A stretch of 63,961 nt of DNA, filler included, from Rhabdomonas costata (GCA_019059605.1; 39 parts of 39 records of this genome joined end to end with filler, not necessarily neighbours in it), one strand, 5' to 3'. Counted from the whole stretch's first letter, positions 1 through 14,691 are shown. Numbers and translations are program-made. Notes: generated by a model not told the origin, from the sequence alone.

Positions 1-1543
1 TCATGTGCACAGGAACGGGAGCAGGAGGCAACTTGGGGTTGGGTTATCGGGGGGATGCCAAGCCCCCCTAGAAGAACAACAAATCCAGCGGCCCTGCAAT
101 CGAAAAAATGATTACACTCAGTAATGTTCACTGGTTTCCACCGTTTTCGCGACAGCATAATAGCAGACAGCCCTGTGAACAAAAGGCCAGCGTTCCAAAT
201 GCCACGTAGTAATCGTTCAGCTTTTGCGTGCTACGAGTTTGTAGTTGGTGAGTTTTTGCAACATTTGCTTTTCTGTGGCGGGGGGGGGTGCCCCGAGGAG
301 AACTCGGACTTCTGTTGTTTCCAGTCATTTGCGTTTCATCACATTGACCCCATTTGAGGAACCTCCTCACCTATTACTCAATGTACCTATCTGCGTGTTC
401 CGCTCCCTCTGGCCTGCATCGTAAATTCTCTGAGCTTTCCTAACGCAAGTATCGTTTCCCCCATCCCCGCTCGCATTGTTCAGCCTCAGGCTGCACTGGT
501 CTCCAGCCCAAGGGGGTGGACCACCGCTTCCTCGTCCTCCTCCGCGGCCCCTGCAGGGGTCGGCGGGAGCTACGCCCCGTATCGCTCCCTGGCAGTGAGC
601 TCCCGGCGTGCCGCCAATGTCACCAGAATGGGCCGACTGCCGCCCGTCTCCTGTCTAAACCCTGATCTGGTGTGGTACACTGATACTCGCACGGCCGTAC
701 GCAAAGGCACACGCGCTGCGAAACATAGGACGAAATTGGGGAGTGTATGTGCAAGGTGTGGGGTGTTTGGCGAGCTGTTTGGCAAAGGGCTGCTGTGTGC
801 AGCGTAGTGTCGTGTCGAAATGCGCTCGTACCGCTCCCTCCTATCCTGCCCACTGTCACTGTCCCAACCTCCTTCGCTTCCCATGCTATGTTGTGTCATC
901 TTCGGAGTCTTACCCCCTGCTTTCGAATACTGTTATGTCCCAGGCAATGAATATGAGGCCAATTCCTTTCCTTGTCCAGGACACCGTGCCGTCCTCCGCT
1001 GCCTGGCAGCCGCTATGCACAGCTCCCCACCCCACCACCGAGGGGAAGGAATGCCCCTTTCACCCCACCGTTCCTGCGACAAGCTCGGTAGATGCAGCGG
1101 AGGCACCCCCTTCGCCGAGCGCAGGCCGCTGGTCCTGCGGTGATAGCTCCACCAGTACCCCCCGGAAGCTGTTCCAGCGCAATCGCCCATCCGCTCTGGT
1201 GAAGCTCTCCCCCGGCGAAACCGCTCACACACTAGTGAAGAGACTCTCAATGAACGCAGCGGCAGCCTGTAACCCAAATGTAGAAGAAGCGCAAGTCTGA
1301 GACACTTGCGTGACATGCTGCTGTTGTGGTCCGACAGAGAGGCCGGGGAATACGCCTATGGATTCCCATCCTTTTGAACTCACCCAAGTATGGCTGTATT
1401 CCTGTGCCTCCCTTATGGAACCAGGCCAACATCTGTCAAGTTTGCAATTCCGGTGTGACTTACGTCGGTCACCTGTATCCTTTCCTGGCTTATCATCCCG
1501 TACATCACACGTTCGTGCAGTGCTAGGCATTATCCCAACACCC

Positions 1544-1643
1544 NNNNNNNNNNNNNNNNNNNNNNNNNNNNNNNNNNNNNNNNNNNNTTAATTAATTAAN
1601 NNNNNNNNNNNNNNNNNNNNNNNNNNNNNNNNNNNNNNNNNNN
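1544..1643. other. Artificial contig spacer (N-run + TTAATTAATTAA + N-run); first of 38, recurring every ~1.64 kb
   Basis: The same 100-nt spacer with six-frame stops recurs from 1544 to ~62415 and separates similar-length contigs with unrelated content. Confidence 0.99.
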
Positions 1644-1659
1644 TGTTTGCGGAGACACA

Positions 1660-1696
<37 letters not shown>

Positions 1697-1698
<2 letters not shown>

Positions 1699-2816
1699 TT
1701 CCACTCTTGCACGGCGACCTCCCGACGCACCCTGGTGAGCTTTCCCTCGATCCAGCCCGAGACCACGCCCACCCGACCCTCCAGCTCCTGCGTAATCATA
1801 CGGCCCCGAGCGCCTTCCTCCGACCGCAACAGCTCCGCAAGCAGCTCGTCGTGGAGCTGCGAAACAGCCGGTGGGGAAAACGACGCAAAGGCGGCGGGTT
1901 GAATCATAGATAACCCCCATGGAATCATGCTGGGCAAAGGAACACAGCAATTATAGTGAGTGGTTTCATTTCTCTTGGAATGCCAGGGCTGAGCCGGCAA
2001 GGCATTTACAGCAGGTCTCACGAAAAGCTGCGAGGTCGGCCCTTGGGGTCAGAGTTTCCTTTCACCCTCGGCCATGGTGGTGCCCTTTGGTGGTTTCTTT
2101 GTGCCCCTTTCGCTTTGCTTGTGGGAGCTCTTGATATTGTTTCTCTGAAAACTCATGCGCAAGCGTTGCCTTGCTCAACCAGCTCGAAACCTCTGCATGC
2201 GTGTGGGTTCGTTATGAACCGTCATGGGTCATGGAAATGGATGGTTGCGGTTTGTGTGAGTGTTTGTCTTGCCTGTGAAGTGTGTAGTTCAGCTTGACAA
2301 GAGCCTCGTCCTCAACAAAACCCTCCCCCTTCCCCAGAGGGCAATGGTGCTGCCTATCGGATGATGGCACAATCATCTCGAGATGATGTTCGAGATGATC
2401 GGAGGTATATCGGAGATGCTCGAGGGTGCCACCCAGACCGCAATAGTCCGTCATAATTCATCATCGCTGTCATAGGTTTCCTCACATTCCACTCCATTCC
2501 ACTCCACTTGCTGGGATGGGATCGGGTTCAGAATTTTGCTGAGGACCCTGTGAGCGGGTGCCTGTTTGAACCTCGCACAGACCTGTGCTCTGGCGGAGGT
2601 CCAGAGACCCAGCCGTGCCTCCCCTTCTTCGGCAATGATGTCCTCGCGGCCCTTCTGCTGCCCAGGCAGCAGCTCCGCGAGCTTCCGCTGCACCACCACC
2701 TTGGGGTCCAGCACCGTGCGGACCTCATGGAGCTCCGCCAGCACCAAGGTCAACAGGTGCCGCGTGGCACACTGGTGCGCCACACGGTGCACTCGCCCCA
2801 CGGCGTGCGGCGGGTC
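1697..2816 (-). CDS. Two exons of an uncharacterised coiled-coil protein (partial)
   Basis: Exons 2816-2583 and 1856-1697 have AG/GT boundaries and join in phase: ...REDIIAEEGEARLGLWTSARAQ|LHDELLAELLRSEEGARGRMITQELEGR...; GC-rich codons and repeated EExAR motifs. Confidence 0.6.
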
Positions 2817-5800
2817 CTACGCCCATACGGGAAAGCCTTCAGGGGAGTGTCGTTGGAAAAGGTTGCAGAGCCCAACTTTGATGCTGTCGAGTTCTTGTTG
2901 GATCTTTGTCTTGCGATGGTTGCGGTTACAGCTTTTCACTTTCCCTCCAGCAAAGGCCTCGGACAGCAAAAGAAACATCGTAAATGAACAAACCTGCACA
3001 TGAAGCATAATGAAAACAAATCTCATCACATGTATTCATAGAAGCTCAACCCCAACGTTCACATCACTTCAGAGCCCCTCCCTTAACCCCAACTTCACGC
3101 GTTCCGTGTCACCCAAAGCCTCACTTGTTCACTCTCCCGCGCACACGCTCTGCTTCTCAAGCCCACCCCAACAACCAAACACACCCACACNNNNNNNNNN
3201 NNNNNNNNNNNNNNNNNNNNNNNNNNNNNNNNNNTTAATTAATTAANNNNNNNNNNNNNNNNNNNNNNNNNNNNNNNNNNNNNNNNNNNNTGTTGGGGGG
3301 GTGCGAATGGCAAAAACTGGGGAAGGAACCGAAAGTTTTTTTTGCCGATCATGGGGAAGCCGGCGTTGTCAGCTTTCAGGATGGTAAGAACACGTGTTCT
3401 CCACCCGAAGAGAGGCGAAGCGCCTTGTCAAGCGCAGGGCCGGAGTTTTTTCACTTGACGGCAGGCCAGGGAGTCGGGCGGAAAGGAAGGTCGAGTCCAG
3501 GTTCACTGGGGAAGGAGGAAGGGATGAGACGTTGAAACGCAGCGGTGCCTCTGGTGGTTCTCCTCTCTCACAACCCCCCACCTTACTCTACCTCCGCCAC
3601 GCCCGACACCTCACTCAACTCGCGGCTGACCCACGAACCCCTGATCACCTCGTCAACTGTTTGGGTTCCAGCGGTGGAACTGCGTGTGGCCGGATCACTG
3701 TGCACCATTTTGGTTTCGCACTCCTTGCAGTTGATATTTCTGCCCAGGTTCCCCTGTTGCTTTGCATGGTCTGCATGTGATAGAATGCTTTGCCCGTGGA
3801 GAAGCTGCAAGCAAGTCGTACACTAGCATTTTGGGCAGCGTAATTGCCTCCAGGCCTCGCCTTTTTTGCGTGGTGCTCTGCAACTTTCTGTTTTTCTTCT
3901 GATCTTCGGGGTGTCATCCACTGAGGTGCTGATTGTCGTGAGTGACATGACATAGCGCCATAGTTGTGGGCCTCTTTGCCAGATAGTTACCTAACTGAAG
4001 TTTCTTTTCAAACTGAAGTTTTTTGAAGGCCCCGATCACAAAAAACTCAGCAGAAGCAGAAGGAAGTCACTTGGGGCATCCCTCGCAACAGGAGAGAGAC
4101 GCAACGGGGACTGGGAGGAAGCAACGCAACCTCAGATGATCTGAGGAGCACACAATTCCAAGAAGATTTATCTTCTAATTCGGCATTTTTTGAAGGCATT
4201 TGCATTACCTTCACGTCCTGTGCCCAGGAAGATAACCCCATCGACAAAGGAGGCCTAAAAAGGGCCGAAAATTACTCATCCCAGGGAAACGAGCTATAGC
4301 AGGCAAAACAAAACCAGGAAGGGAGACGCGATAATACAGGGAGGCCTGGCAGGACACGCACGTAGAGTGGCAGGAGGGGGGGGGTCAGCCATAACTCCTC
4401 TCTCTTTTCTCCCCTAATTTACTCTCAAAGGTTCGCCACGTCCTGTTTTCTCCCGGTGAGGATTGAGAAAAATTGCACTCCTTAAGCCTTGACGACTGTC
4501 CGAATTTCTTTATTTTTTTGCATTACCTTCACGTCCTGTTCGGGAGCGTCCTATAGGGTCACGTGGAGTCGGTCTCATATTTGGACCGGTGGCGAGTATC
4601 TTCCAAACCTCGCATGCCCCATGGATCACCAACATGGCTTGCCCGCACAAAGGGAGCCCCACAATGGTTTGGTGGCTACTGCGCCGCCACGAGGCAGAGC
4701 AGTGGGGTCTTATTGCTTCAACGTAAACACAACACATAAACCCAGCGGTTCAACACTCACGTTCACAGCACTGTGCAATGTTCACCGCGCAAAACAGTGA
4801 GGCACAAGAACATTTTTTTAACACAAAACCAACNNNNNNNNNNNNNNNNNNNNNNNNNNNNNNNNNNNNNNNNNNNNTTAATTAATTAANNNNNNNNNNN
4901 NNNNNNNNNNNNNNNNNNNNNNNNNNNNNNNNNTGTTGGGGGTGGAAAATGCTTGCATACGAACTTGTCCCTTGTATCCTGGAGCTAACCACTTTTACTG
5001 TGTAATTCGGCCGTTACACTGACAATCCGTAATCTCGGTCACATTATGTCCAAACAAATCTGATTATCGACTCAGCACATGTTGCCAGTGACTGCTTTCG
5101 TTTGCAGATGATGAAGGTTGCACCCAAGAGATTGCGGAGATGTGCAAGCTGTGCGAGGGCAAGCTGGCCAGGGATGTCACCGGGCAGGTCCGGGCCATCA
5201 CCCGAGATGATATCGCTGGGTGGGTGGCGCAGCCGGACCTGCCAGTTTGACTCTGTCCAGTTGTCATATCCACTTGTGCATGTCTGGGCCCCCCTTTGGG
5301 GGACTTTGGGGACCCGTCACGCGCCTTTGTGTATATTTTATGGAGTGGCGGTCGCCGCAGTAGGTTACGCAGCCGAAGGCGATAGTCACCCCATTCGTTT
5401 CTCTGTGGTGCTTCCTGTTCAGGAGGAATCAGCACACAACCAGACTAACCGGGTCTGCTTTCTAGGTGTATCCCAATTGCGAAAAGTTTTTGTGCGTTGT
5501 GAACTGATTGTGTCACAGCGCACAACCCTTCCCCGCACTCACTGAGAAAATCCTTCGTGTGTGTGTTCCTGCTTGTTTGGGCCACGTGGCTCGTGGTTGG
5601 CGCTTGTCTCCTTCTCTCTCCTTTTATGTTTGCCTTTGGCTGAGCAATGGGCTGTGGGCTGTGGGCTGTGGATGAAACTCCTCCCTTTGTCTCCAAACCT
5701 GATTGCCGCACTTCGAGCGGCTGGGGCCCCCGTCTTTTCTGCACGCGTTTTTTTTCCTCTTCCCGTGTGTGACGATGGCACTCATACTGCGGTTATGCGG

Positions 5801-8800
5801 TAGTGTTTTGCGATGGGCTTGCAGGGAAGCTGGGCACATATACACAGACGCACTTCCTCGTTTACGCTGTTTTGTGTCCCACCAAGTCAAGCCTTCCTGT
5901 CTGAAACCGCACCAAGTGACAAATTCTTTTGGCTACTTAATGCTGCATCAGGATGGTTGTTGAGCTGAACTGCCGTTTGATTGTGAAATGTTCATATTTT
6001 GAATTAGGGACCCTTACTTCCTATCCCCCGCGATATTATTACATTTTGCCCCCAATAGCCACATTGCCTTTTTTTCATTGCACTTGAAAAAGTGGGCTGC
6101 AATCACAGTGGTCGAGCTCTTTTCGGGTCTAGCGCAGCCAGTGAGCAAGCCTTTGTTGTTGTTTATTGTTTATTGTTTATGCTGTGGACGAAGTCCGGCA
6201 ACCCATAACAAAAGGTAATTAGTATACCAAAGGACAAAATATTTCGTATGAAAATCAATGCACAAGGAGGAGGCCTCACCTCACAGGCACCTCCTGTAGT
6301 ATTGGCGCAAGACGTCACATTCACAGCTTGCATGAGTAGAGCGGGTATAGCTCAATCACGAGTCTGCCTACATTGGTGAGTTTTGAGATTTCAGCAGTAG
6401 GGAATGACGTTTTGCTTTGAGCTATACCCGCTCTACTCATGCAAAACGTCATTCCCTACTGCTGAAACCCCAAAACNNNNNNNNNNNNNNNNNNNNNNNN
6501 NNNNNNNNNNNNNNNNNNNNTTAATTAATTAANNNNNNNNNNNNNNNNNNNNNNNNNNNNNNNNNNNNNNNNNNNNGGGTGGGGTTCCAAAGCAGGATAA
6601 ACCCATTTCTCGTCATTTTCTGCACGGCCAACCGCATCCCCTCGCATCATCTGGTAGACGATGTTTTGAAACCGCCTCCTCCCACAATTCCATCACCAAT
6701 ACCAAACGAAAAAGAGGAATAATTTTCCAATTTGACGAAACGATAAAGACGAAAGGACAAGATACGATACAGAAGCGCAAGATATTCACCCCAACCACGG
6801 GCATTGCAATGCTTAGACGTCAATAGGACGAGCTATGCAAGGAAGTTTGACGTTTGCATCTTCATTTTCAAAACTTCTCTTTTGAACAAAACAAGGTGGG
6901 TTAGATAAATAGAATATATCTTTGCGGTCAATATCTTTGCAGTTCTAATGGTATATATATTTAAGCCAACACTGGAATGGGCAACATCGCTGCTTTATCA
7001 AATTGGTTATATCGCTCGCTATAACGTGTCCAAGCCCATATATTTGGCAAGCAGTTGGCTCTCTAACTCTATCAGACAATAAGCGCTGCTTCGGTTGGGG
7101 TCAAAGAGATTCTTCCAACATCTGCCAAACCAAAAAAGGAACGACAAGGAGTCATCCAACGGCACCAGTTCTACTCGTTCGCCACTGCACGCGTGCCAGT
7201 GCTCAGGTGCAACTGTGCGTGTTGAAGCGGCCCGTAAAAGCGGTGCATGTCTGCATATGAGTGAGATGGTCGCAAGTGACCAATGAACAAAAACATCACA
7301 AACCACGATTAAACAAAATACCACAAAGGGGCGCACACGAACGCACGGTGAGCATGAATCAAAAGCCGTGGTAAAAACAAGAGCGACAGTGACTGTCGGC
7401 CCTGCACAATCGGCCACAAGCTGAGCCCTGAGGCGCTAAAAAGAAAAGCAGCGCGTCAGGAGACCGGTGCTGGAGGGTATGCGTGAAAACAAAACTGTGG
7501 AAGCCCCCACATAGAAGCGCAGTGCGTACCCTGCCGGCCAAAAGGGTGCCTTTTCCTCCACGGGGACACCACAATACGCCTGTAATCTATTCTGCTCGTC
7601 TTCCAAAATCCAAGCAACATGAAGGTCCATGCTGGTTGATGCTGGTCCTTAAACTTTAGGATTAGAAATGTTTGCATCCTCTGGACCCCGGCAAATCGTT
7701 TGCGTTGCACCGGCAAAGCTTATGATTTTCTCAAAAATAATGAATAATTTATTAAGAAAAATGTTGATAATTACCTCTAGTGACAGTCACCAGGACGATT
7801 TGTCTCACTGGCCTTCTCTACCACCAAAGTTGGTAGCAGGAAGGGCAGCACAGCACAAAAGCCACGAGAAACAAGTGGTGATCATGACGGAGTGGGTTGA
7901 AGCCTATTGACATCAGCAATGTTCACTGTAAAGCACACCTGATGCAGGATATAGCGCGAATCACAAAAAACCAGCTAGAGAGGCTGCTGCGTCGCAATCC
8001 CATGGAGTTTGAAAAAAAAGAGGCCAAAAAACTGGGATGACAGGAGTGACGGGAGGAGACCTAAGAAAGCGAGCCCAAGTGATCCACAGAGCGACCTCGG
8101 GACCACTTCACCACCAACCNNNNNNNNNNNNNNNNNNNNNNNNNNNNNNNNNNNNNNNNNNNNTTAATTAATTAANNNNNNNNNNNNNNNNNNNNNNNNN
8201 NNNNNNNNNNNNNNNNNNNTGTTGGTTGGGGACGCTTTTTGGTGGAAAACGCTATTGGACTCGGTCCAGAGCAGGCTACAGGTAGTGGTTCAACTGCGGT
8301 AGTGGTAGTGGTCATGGTAGTGGTAGTGGTTCAACTGCACTCATGGTGGGAGTTGAGAACAAGTACCAGAACGCTGAGGGTTCCGGGCGACCAACCACTG
8401 GCCGTTCTTCTTTCTTAGACCCTGCGTACGTCCCTTTCTCCTTCTGTTTTAACGCTGCTGAGAAAAGTTCCCAAAAAGATAAGCCGAAGCAAAGTCTCAG
8501 GGTATGATGCACTCCCACAAGCCCACAGATCACCGCTTCGTCTTCGTAAAAAACAACTGGTGACACGAGTCCCATCCGAATAAAGCAAATGACGCTGCGC
8601 TCATTCTTGAAGTCCTTCAGCATCATAACCCTTTCCCAAGGTGATGCACATCAGTCTCGACGGGCACCGCATGACGGAGAGTAGGTTTCATTGCTCACTT
8701 CTCCCTCCTGTTGTAACACCTGTGCCGTGTCCCATTTCTGGTACGAGGCGTAGTCGGGAGAGACGGAGGAGGGAAACCCCTCGGGAAGGAAGGCCGCGTG

Positions 8801-11800
8801 GAACACAGAGTAGCAAAATCACGTGTCTTCCCCAGAAAAGAGAGCTTTCATAGCCAACTGCACAAGGTGTGTGTGTCTTTAAGATGAGTTCAAATGAGGC
8901 CGTCGAGCAGCAAATGCAGGCTGGGCAAGGGAAGAAGGCTGCAGCTCCCTGGAACCGCGGTCTCATGCGCCAATATGACTTCCCAAATACCTTCCGGCAG
9001 CTGAGGGGTGATTCGCACCCCCCGACAAGCGACCAGGCAGCGGGAGAGCATTGAGTATGGGAAAACCCGCAGGAGGCAGAAAGACCTCCGCCAAAGCCAT
9101 GCCTTGTGCACGTAGCGTGTGTGTGGTGCATGCGATCCGCGAACAACAACGACACGCCCCCCGAGCTGCCAATCGTGGGGATGCGGCCGAATGCATATGT
9201 AATGTGGTCTTTGCGTGCGTGTCTCCGCAATGCAATTAAATATGAAGGATTCCAAGGCCCGAAAGGCCCAAAGCTTTTCTCAACGCGCTGGCAAAAAGGA
9301 GGCCATGCACCTCATACTCCAACTCGTGCACCCTTTCGTTTTGGGGTAAAAATATGCTGTGAGTGACTCTCCGACTGCGCAAAGGGAAGAAGCTGCACAA
9401 CAGTGGCAGAACAGAGTGCATGACAACCAACGATACTACGACGAGTAAAATAACCAAAGTGGGTAGAGTAAAAAACAAAAAAAACAGACAACATCACACC
9501 AATAATCGCCTTTTCGACTTCGCGCGCGGAGGCTGGGCTCGCTGGCGACTTCTCCAAAGACCTCAGTGCCCTAAACGCTTCCGATAACTAGCGCCCGAAG
9601 GACATGCATTCGGCGGCTCCTACGGAGAAGTGCAGGCTCACGCAATGGAGCGATGTGATGGTTGGTAAATGATGTTTCTCTCCTCTGCTGGTAATGCACT
9701 ATGATAACAGGAACACCACACAACAACACATCTAGTGATATCTACCTCTGGGGGGACATCGGNNNNNNNNNNNNNNNNNNNNNNNNNNNNNNNNNNNNNN
9801 NNNNNNTTAATTAATTAANNNNNNNNNNNNNNNNNNNNNNNNNNNNNNNNNNNNNNNNNNNNGCTTTTTCTGTGTTGGGGCAACGGCTTTTTTTCTGCCT
9901 TTTGATTGTCGGGACTTGGAATTTGCGCAGATGGGCAGGAGGGAGTGGGGGAGCTCGTAGCGAGGATTTCCCGTTGAGGCGACCCATGAGCCCCACGGTT
10001 TTTGGCTTGGGTCGTTTTTGGGGAATAGCATGGGGTGAAAACGCCGACAGCTACGCAACTCCCGGAAGATTCTGATGCTCTCCGTTCGGGGTCCGTCTTT
10101 CGGGGTCGGTTCTGCTCAGGCAACCCCCAGAAGTGTAACCCTAGCAACCCCGTGCAAGTCCTTGAGAACCCCAGGCCGCGGTGAGGTTGCCCACCGCACC
10201 TCTCTACCTGCCCTGTCCCCGCCGCATGCAGCCCAGAGCGGAGAGCTGTAAGGCCACGCTGGATTCCCATTTCCCTTCTCACTGTCACCAAGAAGTGCTG
10301 TTTTTGGTCAAGGGGGTGTACCAAGGAACGAATGGAATCTTCCTCTTCGCACTCCATGCACTACGTCGATGCTTTTTTGCTCTTGCTTTTTGCTTCTTTC
10401 TCTTCTGCCCTGGCGCTACCTCGGCTGCATGCCTGATGTAGATTCATTTGTTGTGCCTTTTACGTGGCCATCTCTTTTTCCTTTCCTTTCGCCGCGGTGT
10501 GTCCTTGCCCCGCGTGACCATCAACTGTGCGTTTTCAGTACTTTTGGCATGAAGATCGATTTTCTCCTGCACCGCTGTGCATGCTTTGCAGCGTTCCCGC
10601 GCGTTCCTGTACCTTTCGATATGCAAGGTCCCTTCTCTTGATCATGCAGTGTTGAGTGCGTATATGCCTTCTCCTGTGCTGTACCGGAGACTCTTTGCCT
10701 CACACCAAGATGTTTTCCCTCAGCTTTTGTGTACTTTATGTAGAAAAGCGTGAGATTGCGAGCGGGGGGGGGGGTGAAGTTTGTGCAGTAATGGGTGTGC
10801 ACTGGAAGTTCTCAAAACACCGCGTCGTGTTCGGCAGAATATCCTACTGCTGGTTATGGCGCTTTTCGGTGCAAAGAAAGGACGGGGATCGTGTACACCT
10901 GTGTTGGTTTGGTTGCCAGTGGCGTGGCTGCGTAAAAGTACCAACCTGTGTGATGATCAGCACAGGAAGAGCAAAACGGAACCAACGGGAGCTTTTGTCT
11001 CTCTGCGGCGTTTCCTTTTTTCTGCTTTCTTTTGGGATGGTTATGCCATCACAGCGAATCGCGCTGAACATATTTTTCCCGTTTTTCTGGAGGTGTACTG
11101 CATTGCGGAGTGCTTTTGTTCCGTTTTTCCTGCTATTGGGTGAGCTGCTTATTCTCAAGTGCAGCACTCGTAGCAATTTCATGCATTTCGGGCCATGGCT
11201 GCTTTAAGATACCATTTTGCTGTGGAATTTGTGGAACACCTTTCCTGAACCATCCACGTCTGAGCAAATAGCGTCTGTGTGTAAAAGTGTACAGGGCGAA
11301 ATAGTAATATCACTATTTACAGCTGTACAAAAAAAGAGGTTTCTAAAGTTTGCGAAATAGCAACTGCAGTTCAATGTAAGAAAAAGGCCTGTCTAACCCC
11401 AACCCNNNNNNNNNNNNNNNNNNNNNNNNNNNNNNNNNNNNNNNNNNNNTTAATTAATTAANNNNNNNNNNNNNNNNNNNNNNNNNNNNNNNNNNNNNNN
11501 NNNNNTGTGTTTTGTGGATTAACTGGGAGAGCATTAATATAGGGGCGGAAGCCAGTCCGCTGCTGGATGGACGAAGCGGGACGTGCCATGCAGGGGGGGG
11601 GGACTCGAGCAAAAATTTGACTTTGGTGTTTGACGGTGTTAAACGATGTACACTGTTTTTTTTTCGTATTTTCGCGAAGCTATTTTTCGAGTACGGTACC
11701 AGATGATGTTTACTGGGGATTTAGGTATATTTTCCAATGGCCTGTGAGGCACTTTGGGCCTTGAACGGCCTCCATACTTACGAGGGTGGCATAGGTAATT

Positions 11801-13316
11801 TAGGATACCCTGCGCTTCGTGCTGGAGAATTTCAGTCTGCAGATAAGTTGGTGTTGCCAGGCCCAGGCCTTTTCAAACTGGCAGCAGGAATTCGTGTTAA
11901 TCAGAACACAAACATCGCTCCAAAGTGTGCTAACGGCTGATCATTTCTCGTCTCGTTCGTGTGCTTACGTGTTTGCTTACCTGCTTTTTGGAAAGCGCTG
12001 CTGTGCGCTGCTGTGTGCATTTTTTCCGTTGTCCAACCTTAACCTCCGCTTGGCCTGAGTACACGAATTCTCTTCTCTTCATCCCCCCCACCACCTTTCT
12101 TTTCGTTCCCATTTGAAAATTTTCCTGCGATGCATTTTTGTCCTGAAAGCGTTTTTGTTCCATGAAAATTCTGGCTGGAGCCGAGCCGCTCCGGCCGCTC
12201 ACGCAGTGAGGCCACCCCACTTACACCTAAACACAACAGCGGTGGCATTCTTTTGGCCCAAGAATCCAAGAGTCGGCCACAGCTTACGGCTCAAAGACTA
12301 CGCATTAAGAACCTGAAAAAGAAGCCAGCAGGTCAGTAGGTGGAGAAACCGTTCTGGATTGGAGATTCGACCCCAACGGCCACCCCCATCTCCTCAACTA
12401 GGACACCACCTGGCAGAGAGCCAAAGGAGGAGGAACCGAAGAGGAGCTGGAACAGCCAGGGGAGAAGTCACAGGGGTCCCCGCCATTGGGAAGTCGCAGG
12501 TGGTAGTACAACACCAGGTGGTGCCGCTGGGGCGAGGTGGGGGGAGCCGTGGCTTCCGGAGGGTAGCAACTCTCCCACAGGCACAGCAACTCCGGCGCGC
12601 AACCAGCGGCAACCTCGATTCCTTGCGTAACACGCAGATACACACGCAGGTAAGCACACAAACATACACACACGCAATTCTCACCCAAGGAACTGAAGAT
12701 GGACCATCACAAACCCCACCACCGTTTGTGTGTATGTGCGTGTGTGCTTTGGCGGTCAGGGCGTTTCCCTCCAGTTAGTTTTTCAATCTCTTTCCCTCTT
12801 AAATGGTGGACATTATTTCACACGCACAACGCACGCAGTCAAGTACCCGAGACACACGCGATTTGTGGGCGACGGGAGCTGCAATCGCTCAGTCTATGTC
12901 GCAGAGCCCGATTGCCACGATACTTTGAGTTGGGTGACTGCTGAGCCTGGAAACCCCGCGCGCCCCGAGACACACATGGCGCGCCTCCCACGCTACCGTG
13001 ACACACAAGACGCGCATCTCAAGGATCCAGCCTCCTTCAAGCCACCCCNNNNNNNNNNNNNNNNNNNNNNNNNNNNNNNNNNNNNNNNNNNNTTAATTAA
13101 TTAANNNNNNNNNNNNNNNNNNNNNNNNNNNNNNNNNNNNNNNNNNNNGTGGGGTGGGTAAATGGGGTAGACTGTGTGAAATAGTTTAGGTAGGACGATC
13201 AATGGACGATTTTTCTTTGTCTTTGTGTTTGCATTCTTTGTTTCCTCTTTTCAAGTGCAAGGCAGAATTTTCAGAGCGGAGTATCCTTTTCAGAGAGGAA
13301 GCGTGTTTCCAGAGAG

Positions 13317-14691
13317 TTGTTGTCACAGCTTCCAGAGACGATGCAGTGGTTGAAGTATTTCCCTAGGGCCCCGAAGCCCCATCCACAGGCACCAGTTGCA
13401 AATCCGTTGGAAGAGATTTTCCGAAAGCTGAAGAAGGGTAGTGGACAGTTGGTGGAACCTCCCAGAGGATGTAATGCAAAGCAACTGACGGGAACCACAA
13501 TTGCAGGTGTAGACAGAGCCATGCCATTGACTTTCACAGAGAGTGCAGTTCCCAAGGCGGATCCAGAGACAGTTCCAAAGTTGAGGCCAGAGTTGTTACA
13601 GCATTCGGTTTCGGAAACCAAGAGGTAGCGTATCGAGGCCTCTGGCTCAGTCTACAAGCATACTTGGGCAGGGACCAGTTCCATATCGGCGGCTAAGTTT
13701 CCCAAGCCTAAACAAAGCCTGACGACCCCGATTGAAGGGATTTCCACAGGCAACAGACCGTCATCATCCACATCCACATATGCGGGAGCTGTTCAGAAAG
13801 TTGGTGAGAATACTCGTACTGTGGTGGTTTGCGACCCTGCAGAGGTGGGTTGGGGTTGGGGAAGTGGTGGAAATGCAGCGATGCAGACCGATGGACAATG
13901 GTTTGTATCCATCCCACCAGCCACTTCTTCCACAGTTACACAGGCCGGACCCACGAGGTCATCCATGTCAGTACCCAGTGAAGCTGTTGCAAAGCCCAAA
14001 CAATCTACAGTTACAGAGTCATACCCAATGGTAAAGAAGAGTGATAGCAGACACTTCCAGATGGAGCTTTGCCAAGAGCAAATGATGCAGATTATTGGCA
14101 GGCTTTGCTTTAGTTGATTCCAGTGGATATCTTGTCAGGAAGACTCCCGATCCTTCAAGATCAGTGCCATCTTCCACCACAGACCAAGTACGAGGTTGAG
14201 AGGCGTTTCACAGTGTTGCAGAGTTTGAAGACCCATCCCCATAGGGCGATTAATTTCCAAACTAAGGCGTTTCTGAGGAGAGAGCGCAGAGAGGAGTTCC
14301 ATACAGAGATTAATGCAGAGTCTCTTTAGCCACAGCAGTTGAGCTGAGAGCGCTGTTGGATTCGTGGAGTTCCAGGGGAGTGAGTGGAACAACCGTTGTG
14401 GAATGAGACTAACAGGCTTAAGGCGTTGTTGAAGGTTCTCTATCCAGACACTATGATTTACTATTCCTCCAAAGTGCCAGCTTATGACAGAGTAGAGCGG
14501 TTTGTTGGATACCATACAGAAAATGGACCTATCAGATACGTTTACAGGTGTCGCAAGGAGGATAAGTTGTCCACCCAGGCTTAGAACCAATGGTGATTCG
14601 CCCAGTACAGACCCGTGTGGGTTTTTCGCAGATGCTATCATTGTGATTCCACCAGAGTGGAAGGCCATGTTGCGCGGGTTGCATGAACCCC
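13317..14691 (+). pseudogene. Intronless decayed ORF, possibly of retroelement or viral origin
   Basis: Frame 13317-14117 is open except for one TAG at 13626-13628; further shifted coding-like segments follow. No diagnostic domain recognised. Confidence 0.3.

Noticed and set aside
6342-6420. tRNA-like start GCGGGTATAGCTCAAT
   Set aside because: There is no T-arm (GTTCRA) and no matching acceptor stem at tRNA distance; it is part of an inverted duplication.
8312-8720. Tyrosine recombinase relic (TGGRSE...KN)
   Set aside because: The motif is too short and no HxxR or catalytic Tyr region could be found.
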